Shown here piece after piece: positions 53,940 to 64,000 of a stretch of 64,000 bases of DNA (position 1 is its first letter; the number at the start of each line of letters is the position of its first letter). The position numbers and the translations under genes were made by a program. The notes below the pieces were generated by a model. The model saw nothing but the letters and a program-made list of their open reading frames with translations. It was not told the origin of the DNA and made no database searches. The stretch is from IMG/VR virus record IMGVR_UViG_3300034063_000636, positions 1 to 64,000 of that record; one strand, written 5' to 3'. The stretch comes from a virus.

Positions 53940-56900
53940 ATGGCAATAGATTTTAATGTAGAACCATTTTATGACGATTTTAATGCTTCGAACGGAGCCA
54001 AGGAACAGAACTATGTTCGTATCTTGTTTCGTCCTGGGTATGCTGTACAGGCTCGCGAATTAACTCAAATTCAGAGCATTATTCAGAATCAGATTAAACA
54101 ATTCGGTGACCACATTTTTAAGAATGGATCTCCAGTTTTTGGCGGTCACATCACTTATGATCTAAATGTTCCTTACATTAAATTGCAAACTGCTTATAAC
54201 GGTGCTGACGTCGACGTGGAAGATTATGAGAACGCTGTTATTCGCAACATTGCTGGTACATCAAAGGCTAGAGCAAGAGTAATTGCCACAGACGATACTC
54301 AAACTTATCCAACACTAATGGTTAAGTATTTGAGAGGCACTCGATTTATCGACAACGAAGTTATTTCGAACGCAGAATCAGGCGGTAACGAAGCAAAACT
54401 ATTGGCTTCAAGCGCAACAGGAATTGGATCAGTTGCAACGATTCAACCTGGTGTGTTCTATGTTGACGGATACTTTGTTCAGGTTCCACAGCAATCAATC
54501 GTTTTAGATCCATATGCAAGCACTCCGTCATATAAAGTCGGACTTGAAATCGTCGAAACAATTATTGACGAAAGTGCTGATGCAAATCTCCTCGATCCTG
54601 CTCAACAATCATTCAACTACCAAGCTCCTGGTGCGCATCGATACCAATTCTCTTTGGATCTTGCAAAAAGAGCATTAGATTCAGTTGATGACACGAAGTT
54701 CTTCGAACTATTGCGCATCGAAAATGGTGTCATTACAAAACAAGTCAAGTATCCAATTTACTCTGAACTTGAAAAGACACTTGCTCGTCGCACTTACGAT
54801 GAGTCTGGCGATTATACAGTAAGCCCATTTAAAGTCGCGTTTGAAGCAAATACATCAACTGCAGCTGGCAACACCGATAGTTTCATTGCTGTTGTCGCTC
54901 CAGGAAAAGCATATGTAAAAGGATTTGAGTATGAGGCAATCGGTCCACAAAGACTTACGATTCCGAAAGCACGCACAACTCAAATCTCAACAGACTATGA
55001 TCTGTCTTTAGAATATGGCAACTATTTGTATGCAAATTCAATCTTAGCATCAAATACTAGCGGATTCTTAAATTCAGCAAATCTACCAACACTCGAGTTG
55101 CACTGCGTTCCAAAGAACAGTGTCAATTTGACAAATGCTATTACTTACAACGCAACCTTTATGGGTAGCGCAAAATTAAAGCATATCACTCGAAATTCTG
55201 GAGAAGAATTTATTGTTTACTTGAGCGATATGCAATTAACATCGAACACCGTTACTGCTGGAACGACTGGTGCAAATACTCTTGCAATCAATTTCCCAGT
55301 CAACTATGCAAACATCGCTAATGCATACCAAAATGTCTCAGTAAGAATTACTTCTGGTGCATCTTCTGGCGATGTTCGTCGTATTGTTGATTACAACTCA
55401 ACAACAAGAGTTGGTGTTGTTGATGTTCCATTTACTGGATTGATTGGATCTGGTCAAACATTCTCGCTTCTATACAGCACTCGAGATATTGATTCTCTTA
55501 TTCAAGCAAATGCAGCCAAAACAGCATTCAATGTTTCAATGAATGTTTCGAATAATAGTAAAGACGTCACTGGTCGAACTATTGTTTACGACTCAAATAG
55601 AAAAACTTTATTATTCAAATTCCCAGATGTTCAAATTGAGCGTGGTTCAATTGACAATGCTGATTATGTGACAAATCGATTCTTCGAAGCGCAATCATTT
55701 AATTCAAGTGGTGTTTCAACGCTCACTTTGACTGGTAATGAAGTGCTCGATTTTGGATCTGACGGCAGCACGATTTCTTCCACACTACTTGGTCAAAATT
55801 TCATCTTTGTAATTAAAACTCTTGGGACTGCAACGGCATATAGCGGAAACTCTACTCCAGTTGCAAATGGACAAATCTTTACACCATCAAGTGTTACAAG
55901 AACGTCATCAACAGGGTTAAGTATCACCTCTGGAATCAATGGATCTTTCACTGCTGACATCTATGTCAGAGTCAAGATGGAAAATTCTGAGAACAGCGGA
56001 AACAATGTTCGTAGTAAGACAAGAGTTGGCAACGTTGCAAATACAACACTGTTGGCAACAGATAGTTACACGCCACACACTACAGTTACTGGATGCACTT
56101 CAGTTTATATTGACTCTTCAAATGGTCGTATTTGGTTCACAGATCCAGCGAGTACAATTAATAAAACTTCTGGTGGCAACACATCACTCTATATTCCAGA
56201 CGTTTATAAACTTATTAAGGTTTATACTTCTGGAAATCCTGCATACATGCCGAACACGACAAATGCAATTGATGTGACAAATAACTTTATGCTTGATACT
56301 GGACAAACAGCAGAATACTATGATCATTCTAAGTTAGTCCTCAAGCCAGGAAGAACAGCCCCAAGTGGTCAGACAGTGGTCTTTGTTGAATACTATCAAC
56401 ACGCCACAACAACTGGATACTTCAGCGTTGATTCTTATCCAGAGACACAGTATTCGAACGGTCAAATCGGTATCTTTAAATCTGGTGATGGTGTTGAATA
56501 CGTTCTTAGAGATTGTATTGATTTCCGTCCAACGAGAACACTCGGAACAACAGCCAACACATTCTTCGGCGCAAGAATTCCATTACCATATGAGCCAATG
56601 GAATTGACTTATGAATACTATCTCCCAAGAAGAGATAAGATTGTATTGACGTCGTCAAAAGAATTGAAGGTTGTCAGCGGTATTCCGAATAAAGATCCAA
56701 AGTATCCGCCAGATCAAAGTGATGCTATGACTTTGTTTACGATGGATATTCCAGCCTACACAAGTTCACATACTCATGTCACAGCAAGAGCTCTTGATCA
56801 TAAGAGATATACAATGCGTGACATTGGTAAACTTGAACAGCGAATCAGAAACGTTGAATACTATTCTGCACTTACTTTAGCTGAAACAAAGGCTAAAGAC

Positions 56901-57848
56901 TCTGCAATTCTATATGAAGACAACGCAACGCAGAAAGAGAAGTATGGCATTATTGTAGACAACTTTACAGGGTTTAAAGTTGGTGATAGCACCAGTGGAG
57001 ACTTTGTGTGCTCTATTGATGGTGGTAAATTAAAACCATATGCTAAAACAACTAATATTAATTTAGTTCCACAATCTAAGACATACACAACGCCAGATTA
57101 TCCAACCATGCCTAAGAAAGTCATGTGGACAATTCCTGGAACAGAAAAGATTATTAATGCTCAAACAGCGGCAACAAAAAACACTGCAATCATTCCACCA
57201 GTTCTTGCTGGTAAGTTTGAGGGTGATGTGCATTTGTTCCCATCAACGGATCATTACTATTCTGTGATGCTTCCACCTGTGCTCAATTCAGATACAGAAA
57301 TTGTTCCACCACCATCAATACATTATGTTCCAGAACTTATTAAATGTGATCCTCCAGTGAAATTTGTGGAACCACCACCTGTTATTGATGTTTACTCTCC
57401 AGTTCTTGATACTCGAGTTGAACCAGTATTGCCGCCAGCAGTACCAGTTCCAGCTATCGTCTTTGAGCCTGTAGCACCTCCAGCATACTTGATTCCAACT
57501 CAAACAGTGGATCCACCAACAGCATATCCACAAATTGTGATGGATCCAGTTCCATATCCAGATCCAGCAACGATTGGTCAGGTTTTGGTACTTCCACAAC
57601 CACCAGCTCCAGTGTCTCCACCAACTCCGCCACCAATCTACATTGACGGAGTGGGAACGATTTCATTAATCGATTTTGTGCCACCTCCACTAGATCCTAT
57701 TCCAGCGGATATTACGGGCTTGGCTCCAATCGTATCAACTGTTGATACCTGGTATGCTGCACCAGTTAGTACCGATCCAGAAATCTCCATCGGCGGTGGC
57801 GGAATGTTGAGAGATCTTGTTTATGAAGATAGAATAGCATTACATTAA
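53940..57848 (+). CDS. large virion structural protein, VrlC/DUF4815-like, N-terminal part with Pro-rich tail
   Basis: FN..P.YDDF, ILFRPG.AVQARELTQ.Q, APGA.R, LARRTYDESGDY, RYTMRDIG.LE.RI. Confidence 0.85.
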   Translation: MAIDFNVEPFYDDFNASNGAKEQNYVRILFRPGYAVQARELTQIQSIIQNQIKQFGDHIFKNGSPVFGGHITYDLNVPYIKLQTAYNGADVDVEDYENAVIRNIAGTSKARARVIATDDTQTYPTLMVKYLRGTRFIDNEVISNAESGGNEAKLLASSATGIGSVATIQPGVFYVDGYFVQVPQQSIVLDPYASTPSYKVGLEIVETIIDESADANLLDPAQQSFNYQAPGAHRYQFSLDLAKRALDSVDDTKFFELLRIENGVITKQVKYPIYSELEKTLARRTYDESGDYTVSPFKVAFEANTSTAAGNTDSFIAVVAPGKAYVKGFEYEAIGPQRLTIPKARTTQISTDYDLSLEYGNYLYANSILASNTSGFLNSANLPTLELHCVPKNSVNLTNAITYNATFMGSAKLKHITRNSGEEFIVYLSDMQLTSNTVTAGTTGANTLAINFPVNYANIANAYQNVSVRITSGASSGDVRRIVDYNSTTRVGVVDVPFTGLIGSGQTFSLLYSTRDIDSLIQANAAKTAFNVSMNVSNNSKDVTGRTIVYDSNRKTLLFKFPDVQIERGSIDNADYVTNRFFEAQSFNSSGVSTLTLTGNEVLDFGSDGSTISSTLLGQNFIFVIKTLGTATAYSGNSTPVANGQIFTPSSVTRTSSTGLSITSGINGSFTADIYVRVKMENSENSGNNVRSKTRVGNVANTTLLATDSYTPHTTVTGCTSVYIDSSNGRIWFTDPASTINKTSGGNTSLYIPDVYKLIKVYTSGNPAYMPNTTNAIDVTNNFMLDTGQTAEYYDHSKLVLKPGRTAPSGQTVVFVEYYQHATTTGYFSVDSYPETQYSNGQIGIFKSGDGVEYVLRDCIDFRPTRTLGTTANTFFGARIPLPYEPMELTYEYYLPRRDKIVLTSSKELKVVSGIPNKDPKYPPDQSDAMTLFTMDIPAYTSSHTHVTARALDHKRYTMRDIGKLEQRIRNVEYYSALTLAETKAKDSAILYEDNATQKEKYGIIVDNFTGFKVGDSTSGDFVCSIDGGKLKPYAKTTNINLVPQSKTYTTPDYPTMPKKVMWTIPGTEKIINAQTAATKNTAIIPPVLAGKFEGDVHLFPSTDHYYSVMLPPVLNSDTEIVPPPSIHYVPELIKCDPPVKFVEPPPVIDVYSPVLDTRVEPVLPPAVPVPAIVFEPVAPPAYLIPTQTVDPPTAYPQIVMDPVPYPDPATIGQVLVLPQPPAPVSPPTPPPIYIDGVGTISLIDFVPPPLDPIPADITGLAPIVSTVDTWYAAPVSTDPEISIGGGGMLRDLVYEDRIALH

Positions 57849-57863
57849 TTAGGGATACCAATT

Positions 57864-60713
57864 ATGGGATATATACCAAGAACAATTTTTGAGCCTTCTA
57901 TTCGACGCCAGTACGAGGACGTTGGGCTACAAAGAACACTCGGGTTCGTTAACGATGACATGCAAACGTCATTTCAAGACAATGAGTCGCAAAGAGCCCA
58001 GTATACTCGCTTCATGCGAAATCAAGAAATCACATTTGTTTCAAATGGTTTATGTCCAGACGCTAATGCAAATATTTTCTTCGATAAGGTCAACGTAAAT
58101 CGCTTTACGCAAAAGGCGAACAAACTGACTGTGACGAATATGTCAGTGCCGTTCTTTCAAGATGAAGAAATTATCAATTCAACAACTAATGCGTACGCAA
58201 AAGTTCTAACATCTTCGAATAACTTCGTTTATGTTAATGAAAACTTTATTAATGTGAATATTGCTCCATATGGATCTAACTCATTGAGTACAACCACAGG
58301 AGTTAATTTAACTGTGGTTTATGAAGATGACGTCATCTATCAAACATCATCTAACAATTATTCTGGTCCAATTACTTTTGCTGGAACTGTTGAGCGTTAC
58401 GAAAGAACAACCAATCAACATGCCTATCTTGTAATCAAGCCTATTGCTGGATCATTTAGAAAATTCTCAGCCAATTCAGTAATTTTCTTTAGAGACGATA
58501 ACTCAAAGAGAGTGAATGTTGCTGCAGTTCAAACAGCAGGCAACAATTTCCCAGCAGGATCAACAATCTATAGTAAGCGAGATATTACAAAAACAGCAAA
58601 CGTTGCTTCGCATAATCATTACTCTGGTGTAGTGTCGTATGCAAGCAGCAATAGCACAACTGAGATTCATCTATCTGGAAATGTTGCTCCTGCTGTTGGT
58701 GAGACACTTAGAATTGCCTCAGGAGCTGGTATTGCTTCTGAAAGAACAATCAATAGCGTTTCTTCAAATGGATTTATGGTCACATTGAATGCTGCAGTGT
58801 CAGTAACATCCAACTCCAAATATTCTTATGGAAAGCATGAAGTTGATGATTTTGGTGTTCTTGCTGGTTTGTTCCATATTCCAGAAGTTTCTGATGCGTA
58901 TTTCTCAGCTGGCAAGAGACTTCTTACGATCACTGACGCTGCATCTAGCGACAGTACAGATTATAAGATGAGAGCATTTAACTATTACTCTGTAGTGGGT
59001 AATATGGGTCTCATGTCTGATTATGCAAGAGTCGCATATGACACAATTGCGCCTTCGAAAGAAGTTGCACTTAATGCTAATGACATTTTAAAGAATAATA
59101 GAAAGTTCTTCCCACTTTCTCAAACATTCTTTACTCCATCATCATCAAATACTCACTCAGATGGCATCACATCAGAATTTAACGTACTGCAAATTAGTGG
59201 TATTGATTTGTTCTTTGCTGAGAAACCAACCAGTGGTGATTTACAGCTTCCTGTAAAAGTTACGATCAATGAAGTGGAAAACGATCTTCCATCTACGAAG
59301 GTTCTTGGTCAAAGCATCGTCGAAGCAAAAGATATTAATACCTCATTGATTCCAGACTCATCTCAGATTACAACAGTGACAACATTTAGATTCTCTCCAC
59401 CAGTCATCGTGAAGCCATCTAAAGAGTATGCGATCACAGTGTCAACTTCTTCACCAGACTACGCATTGTTTGTTGCAGAAGTTGGTGGAGAAATTCTAGG
59501 AACAACTCCTGCAAGAAGAGTCTCAGAGCAACCATATATTGGAGATCTCTTCAAGGCGCAAAATGCATCAAATTGGTCACCAATCCCGAACGAGGATTTG
59601 ATGTTCCGTGTTCGTTATGCAAATTGGAGTGGTGCAACATCAAATACGATCACCTTTGTTCCAGAGAATATTCTATCTAATGTTAATGTTGACTCTATTT
59701 TGATTCACAGCACAGATTATAATTTCAAGCCAACAAGCATCAATTATGCGTTTAAGACAACGAACATCGATGGATCGTTTGATGATGGTTGGAAAAATGT
59801 TAGACCAGGAAAGATCTTTGACTTCAGCGAAGATTTTGAGACATCTACAAAATCATCTAATCGCAGAAGAAGAATCATTGCAGGTAATAATGAATCGCTA
59901 CTTGTGAAGGCAGATTTGTCAACTACTGATGAAAACATTGCACCATTGGTTGACATGGAAAGAATCAGTGCGGTTGCCTTTGAATATATTATCAATGATG
60001 CTGGTATTTCTGCATCTGATATTACCTTTACAAATCTTGGTAGACATTCAAATGTGTCCAATATCACCATCACTTTCTCTGCACCTGATCGTTCAGACGG
60101 CGTGACTGCAAATGCTTATGTTGCTGCTCTTGTAAATGCAACTTCGTATGTGTCAAATACATTCCCTTCATATTCTGCCAATATTGCGATGATTGTAGTT
60201 GACGAACCAGGCTCTGGGTATTATACTGCTCCTACGATCACAATTTCTGAGGTCGGAAGTACAGATAATGCGACAGCTGTCGTTGCTGGTGAAAATGGAG
60301 CATCAGGTGGTAACTGTAAGGCGAAGTATGTAACAAAAACAATTACTCTTGCTGACGGATTCGATGCTGGCGATATTCGAGTTTACTTGGATTGCAATCG
60401 CCCTGTTGGCACAGATGTGAATGTTTATTATAAGGTCAAGTCTGGAGACGATACAGATCCATTCGAAAATAAAAAATGGCAACGTATGTCAAAAGTCAAT
60501 GATAATTTCTCGAAGGATCAAAATCAGGTCATCGAGTTAGAATATCGTGCAAGTCTTGATGTAAATAGAGTTTCTTATGTTGAGAATGGCGTGACTTATC
60601 CGCTTGGTGGGAAGTTTAAATACTATGCAATCAAGATCGTGATGACTGCTGCCAGTTCATCTGTCATCCCTTATATCGCAAACTTTAGAGCAATTGCAAC
60701 TCCTGCAGGTTGA
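57864..60713 (+). CDS. large virion structural protein, VrlC-like C-terminal part
   Basis: FMR, PLSQTF, IDLFF..KP, T.F.F..P, QPY.G.LFK.QN...W.....EDL.F, YVTK...L, Y.IKIVM, RAIA. Confidence 0.8.
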   Translation: MGYIPRTIFEPSIRRQYEDVGLQRTLGFVNDDMQTSFQDNESQRAQYTRFMRNQEITFVSNGLCPDANANIFFDKVNVNRFTQKANKLTVTNMSVPFFQDEEIINSTTNAYAKVLTSSNNFVYVNENFINVNIAPYGSNSLSTTTGVNLTVVYEDDVIYQTSSNNYSGPITFAGTVERYERTTNQHAYLVIKPIAGSFRKFSANSVIFFRDDNSKRVNVAAVQTAGNNFPAGSTIYSKRDITKTANVASHNHYSGVVSYASSNSTTEIHLSGNVAPAVGETLRIASGAGIASERTINSVSSNGFMVTLNAAVSVTSNSKYSYGKHEVDDFGVLAGLFHIPEVSDAYFSAGKRLLTITDAASSDSTDYKMRAFNYYSVVGNMGLMSDYARVAYDTIAPSKEVALNANDILKNNRKFFPLSQTFFTPSSSNTHSDGITSEFNVLQISGIDLFFAEKPTSGDLQLPVKVTINEVENDLPSTKVLGQSIVEAKDINTSLIPDSSQITTVTTFRFSPPVIVKPSKEYAITVSTSSPDYALFVAEVGGEILGTTPARRVSEQPYIGDLFKAQNASNWSPIPNEDLMFRVRYANWSGATSNTITFVPENILSNVNVDSILIHSTDYNFKPTSINYAFKTTNIDGSFDDGWKNVRPGKIFDFSEDFETSTKSSNRRRRIIAGNNESLLVKADLSTTDENIAPLVDMERISAVAFEYIINDAGISASDITFTNLGRHSNVSNITITFSAPDRSDGVTANAYVAALVNATSYVSNTFPSYSANIAMIVVDEPGSGYYTAPTITISEVGSTDNATAVVAGENGASGGNCKAKYVTKTITLADGFDAGDIRVYLDCNRPVGTDVNVYYKVKSGDDTDPFENKKWQRMSKVNDNFSKDQNQVIELEYRASLDVNRVSYVENGVTYPLGGKFKYYAIKIVMTAASSSVIPYIANFRAIATPAG

Positions 60714-60715
60714 TC

Positions 60716-60940
60716 ATGTTAGTTAAGATAAAAGACAATGATGATCTTGCAAGAGATGTGAAGTCAAGAGCAATCTTGAATGTTAATAAAAACGTTTTGC
60801 TTAAAGATCAGATGTATCAAGAGAAACTAAAGAAACAACAAGAGGTAGAGTCCTCAATAAATACTCTCAGAGAAGAAGTATCTTCGATTAAAGGCGACAT
60901 TTCTAAGATTCTAGAAATGTTGAGTTCCAGAGGTAAATAA
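60716..60940 (+). CDS. small coiled-coil protein
   Basis: L.RD..S.AI.N motif typical of genes following VrlC-like genes. Confidence 0.7.
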   Translation: MLVKIKDNDDLARDVKSRAILNVNKNVLLKDQMYQEKLKKQQEVESSINTLREEVSSIKGDISKILEMLSSRGK

Positions 60941-61983
60941 TGGCGAACACAAATATTTCACATGTCCAATTAGTGAACACCTTTAATGAGTGGCGTGCAG
61001 CAACTAATGACTTAATTGAAGATAGAAATATTCTTCGAAATGCTCATTATGTCAAAGATAATTCTTCTTTTGACATTGCAAACGGAACCATGACGATCAG
61101 CCGTTCAAGCAACGGCACAGTTCTAACAGTCGCAAACTCTGGTAACGTTGCTGTCGGTGGTTGGGTCAATGCAAATACTCTTGCAACAAACTCAGAACTC
61201 TGGTTTGGATTAAGAACTAGCGACATTGCTTCTGTCATTAAGATGACACAAGAGCCAGCAAATACTGTAGAGGCTGGAAACGCAACTTGGTATACTGCAA
61301 ATCAGAAATCAAATAATCCATATTACGGATTCACCTTCCACTCCAATGGCACAATGGTCATTGCGAATGAAGAGGAGAATGCAACTCAAGTGGTTGTCAT
61401 CGGTGACTCTGCTTACAATGTTTCTCCGACCAAAAATGGTACGATTTTTGGTGTCAGTACAATCGTTGGAACATCAGCACCAACAACAGGATATGAATCT
61501 GGTTGGCAACCCGTTCTAGACCTTCGAAGCAATTCTCTATTCATCATGCCAGTTGCTTCTGCAAATGCAGGCAATTGTTTGTATTACAACGTAACAACTG
61601 GCGAAATCACATACTCAACTGCGCCAAGCGGTAATGTTCTTGCTGGTGATCCAATTCTAATCAACACTGCAGTTGATTCTGCAAACACTGTAAGACTAAA
61701 TGTGTCAAACTGGTTCAAGTATACATTGACAGGATCATCTGGCAATCGTAATTTGACATTCACAAATCCTCCTGCTTCTGGCAATGCATATACGTTCACA
61801 ATGATTGTGATTCAAGATGGAACAGGCGGTAAAACTCCAAATTGGACAAATACAGTGTATTGGGCTGGTGGACAAATTCCTCCGCCAACAACTGACGCAA
61901 GCGCACAGGATATCTGGACATTTACCACATATGATGGTGGAACAACATATATTGGCACACTTGCTGTTAAAGACGCGAGATAA
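60940..61983 (+). CDS. tail fibre/fibre-base protein
   Basis: NTFNEWR..TN N-terminal anchor; C-terminal T....QDGTG......W...V.W.GG..P......D...F.T.DGG domain. Confidence 0.7.
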   Translation: MANTNISHVQLVNTFNEWRAATNDLIEDRNILRNAHYVKDNSSFDIANGTMTISRSSNGTVLTVANSGNVAVGGWVNANTLATNSELWFGLRTSDIASVIKMTQEPANTVEAGNATWYTANQKSNNPYYGFTFHSNGTMVIANEEENATQVVVIGDSAYNVSPTKNGTIFGVSTIVGTSAPTTGYESGWQPVLDLRSNSLFIMPVASANAGNCLYYNVTTGEITYSTAPSGNVLAGDPILINTAVDSANTVRLNVSNWFKYTLTGSSGNRNLTFTNPPASGNAYTFTMIVIQDGTGGKTPNWTNTVYWAGGQIPPPTTDASAQDIWTFTTYDGGTTYIGTLAVKDAR

Positions 61984-61985
61984 TC

Positions 61986-63935
61986 ATGCCGAATAGTTTT
62001 GGCTTAAACAAAACTTGGATTCCTGGTCCTTCCAGAGGAACAACGACATTCAATACTACTGGCAATATTAATATTGCTTATGGTAGAAATAAAACCACAG
62101 TTTCAGGTCGTGGTGGTTCTGGTTCAGGTGCTTCATACAACACTGTTCCAGGAACAACTAATCCCACTACATTTCCATACACACCAGCATCGTATAATAC
62201 GGTTCCTGGAAATTTAAATCCAACAACTTATCCGTTTACTCCAGCATCATATAATACAGTGCCTGGAACGACAAATCCTACAACGTTTCCCTTTGTTCCT
62301 GCTAGTTATAATACTGTGCCTGGAAATACAAATCCACCAAACTATCCTTACACACCAGATAGTTACAACACTGTTCCTGGAACAACCAATCCAACAGTGT
62401 ATCCATATACTCCAGAAAGTTATAACACTGTTCCAGGAAATAGTAATCCGCCAAATTATCCATTTACTCCTGAATCATACAATACAGTGCCAGGAAACTT
62501 AAATCCAACCAATTATCCATACACACCAGCTTCGTACAATACAGTTCCTGGAAACACTAATCCAACTAACTACCCATTCGTTCCTGCATCATATAATACT
62601 GTTCCTGGTAATTTGAATCCAACAGTGTATCCATATACACCAGAGAGTTACAACACTGTTCCTGGAAATACAAATCCAACAAACTATCCATATACACCAG
62701 CTTCCTATAATACTGTTCCTGGAAATACTAATCCAACTAACTATCCATATACCCCAGAAAGTTATAACACAGTTCCTGGAAATACAAATCCAACGAATTA
62801 TCCGTACACTCCAGAGAGTTATAACACTGTAACAAACTATCCATATACTCCAGGCTCATATAACGCACCAACAGGTGTTAGTTGGAATTTGACTGCAATC
62901 GGACCAAGTTACGGTGGTGTTGCAACAATAATTGGTGACGGATTTGATACAAATTGCCCATCACCATATAGCACACCAACTCCGTTTGGTCCAGACGAAT
63001 TCACATATGAATGTTTCCCAGCTGGAAATACTGAAAATCCTGCGAGTTATAACACAGTTACCAATTATCCATATACACCTGCGTCGTATAATACAGTTCC
63101 AGGAAATGTAAATCCAACCAATTATCCGTTTACCCCTGCATCGTACAATACAGTCCCAGGAAATTTAAATCCAACGAACTATCCTTATGTTCCTGCAAGT
63201 TATAACACTGTTCCTGGCAATTTAAATCCAACCAATTATCCATACACACCAGCATCGTATAATACAGTTCCTGGAAACTTAAATCCAACGAACTATCCTT
63301 ATGTTCCTGCAAGTTATAACACTGTTCCAGGAAATGTAAATCCGACAGTGTATCCATATACTCCAGAAAGTTATAATACAGTTCCTGGTAACTTGAATCC
63401 GACTAATTATCCGTTTACTCCTGCATCGTATAATACGGTTCCTGGTAACAGCAATCCACCAACTTATCCATACACACCAGCGTCTTACAATACTGTTCCT
63501 GGGACAACAAATCCAACCAATTATCCGTATACACCAGCATCGTATAACACAGTATCAGGAAACTTAAATCCAACCAATTATCCATTCGTTCCTGCAAGTT
63601 ATAACACGGTTCCAGGAACGACAAATCCACCGTCGTATCCATTCGTGCCTGCAAGTTATAATACTGTGCCAGGAACAACAAATCCAACAGTGTATCCATT
63701 CGTCCCTGCAAGTTATAATACTGTGCCAGGAACAACAAATCCAACAGTGTATCCATTTACTCCAGGAGTTCCTGGAACACCAACAACTGTTCTTGGTGTA
63801 TACTTCCCAGGCGGTGTTGCTGGCGTTGCTCCATATGTTCCAGAAACTGTAGTGAATTATTGGGACTATCCAGATAATGCGACCTATCCAGTCACTGTTC
63901 CAACAGGTGCATACATAGTAGTGAAGATTGAATAA
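61986..63935 (+). CDS. repeat-rich fibre/adhesin protein
   Basis: 649 aa with 19-aa repeats flanking a unique Cys-pair centre. Confidence 0.75.
   Translation: MPNSFGLNKTWIPGPSRGTTTFNTTGNINIAYGRNKTTVSGRGGSGSGASYNTVPGTTNPTTFPYTPASYNTVPGNLNPTTYPFTPASYNTVPGTTNPTTFPFVPASYNTVPGNTNPPNYPYTPDSYNTVPGTTNPTVYPYTPESYNTVPGNSNPPNYPFTPESYNTVPGNLNPTNYPYTPASYNTVPGNTNPTNYPFVPASYNTVPGNLNPTVYPYTPESYNTVPGNTNPTNYPYTPASYNTVPGNTNPTNYPYTPESYNTVPGNTNPTNYPYTPESYNTVTNYPYTPGSYNAPTGVSWNLTAIGPSYGGVATIIGDGFDTNCPSPYSTPTPFGPDEFTYECFPAGNTENPASYNTVTNYPYTPASYNTVPGNVNPTNYPFTPASYNTVPGNLNPTNYPYVPASYNTVPGNLNPTNYPYTPASYNTVPGNLNPTNYPYVPASYNTVPGNVNPTVYPYTPESYNTVPGNLNPTNYPFTPASYNTVPGNSNPPTYPYTPASYNTVPGTTNPTNYPYTPASYNTVSGNLNPTNYPFVPASYNTVPGTTNPPSYPFVPASYNTVPGTTNPTVYPFVPASYNTVPGTTNPTVYPFTPGVPGTPTTVLGVYFPGGVAGVAPYVPETVVNYWDYPDNATYPVTVPTGAYIVVKIE
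62133..63767 (+). repeat. coding tandem repeat, 57-nt unit (SYNTVPGNxNPTNYPYTPA), 24 full and 2 short copies
   Basis: direct reading of the translation; synonymous variation between units. Confidence 0.95.
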
Positions 63936-63937
63936 AC

Positions 63938-63966
63938 TTGAAATTTTTTATAGATTGTAGTATAAT
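63938..63966 (+). promoter_or_regulatory. sigma70-type promoter for the next (truncated) gene
   Basis: TTGAAA-17-TATAAT, then SD GGAG and ATG near 63989. Confidence 0.6.
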
Positions 63967-64000
63967 GATTTAAATCTTGGAGTTATATTATGCCATCATT

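Noticed and set aside
62133-63767. CRISPR-like array or diversity-generating retroelement repeat
   Set aside because: Units are contiguous, in frame and vary mainly at synonymous positions; there are no unique spacers, cas genes or reverse transcriptase in the window.

Overview
A 64-kb segment of a large, AT-rich, T4-superfamily (Tevenvirinae/Kyanoviridae-like) myophage, standard genetic code, probably infecting a Gram-negative proteobacterium. That host call is inferred from IHF- and OxyR-like sites, lipoproteins, a TonB-dependent receptor and a ClpX-type tmRNA tag. In order: possible lysis/membrane genes, primase gp61, thyX, class II nrdJ, a RuvC-like nuclease, UDP-GlcA decarboxylase, an LpxH-like phosphoesterase and a TonB-dependent receptor. 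Next come early genes driven by IHF-box sigma70 promoters that give leaderless mRNAs, then 16 tRNAs interspersed with unexplained structured RNAs, UDP-glucose dehydrogenase, HNH, Smr and two glycosyltransferases. These are followed by denV-like, phoH, an exonuclease, an OxyR-box ahpC/EF-hand/ahpD operon, a circularly permuted tmRNA, SleB hydrolase, guaC and gp33/59/32, and finally the tail/baseplate module (gp29-like, 51, 26, 54, 2, 4, 48, 53, 27-like, 5, 25, 6, 7, 8, split VrlC-like, fibres). The most striking unexplained signal is a set of tandem TonB-box-like motifs (E-[VIL]-[LE]-x-x-I-x-V-x-G-[RK]) in three tail-tube-associated proteins, alongside a gp5 whose two muralytic domains both appear catalytically dead. 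This suggests TonB-energised entry, which is a hypothesis only. Also notable are a mirror-symmetric 12+1/1+12 repeat fibre, a gp26-gp51 -1 frameshift and G-quadruplex motifs at early promoters. All calls come from motif reading by eye; no database searches were run.
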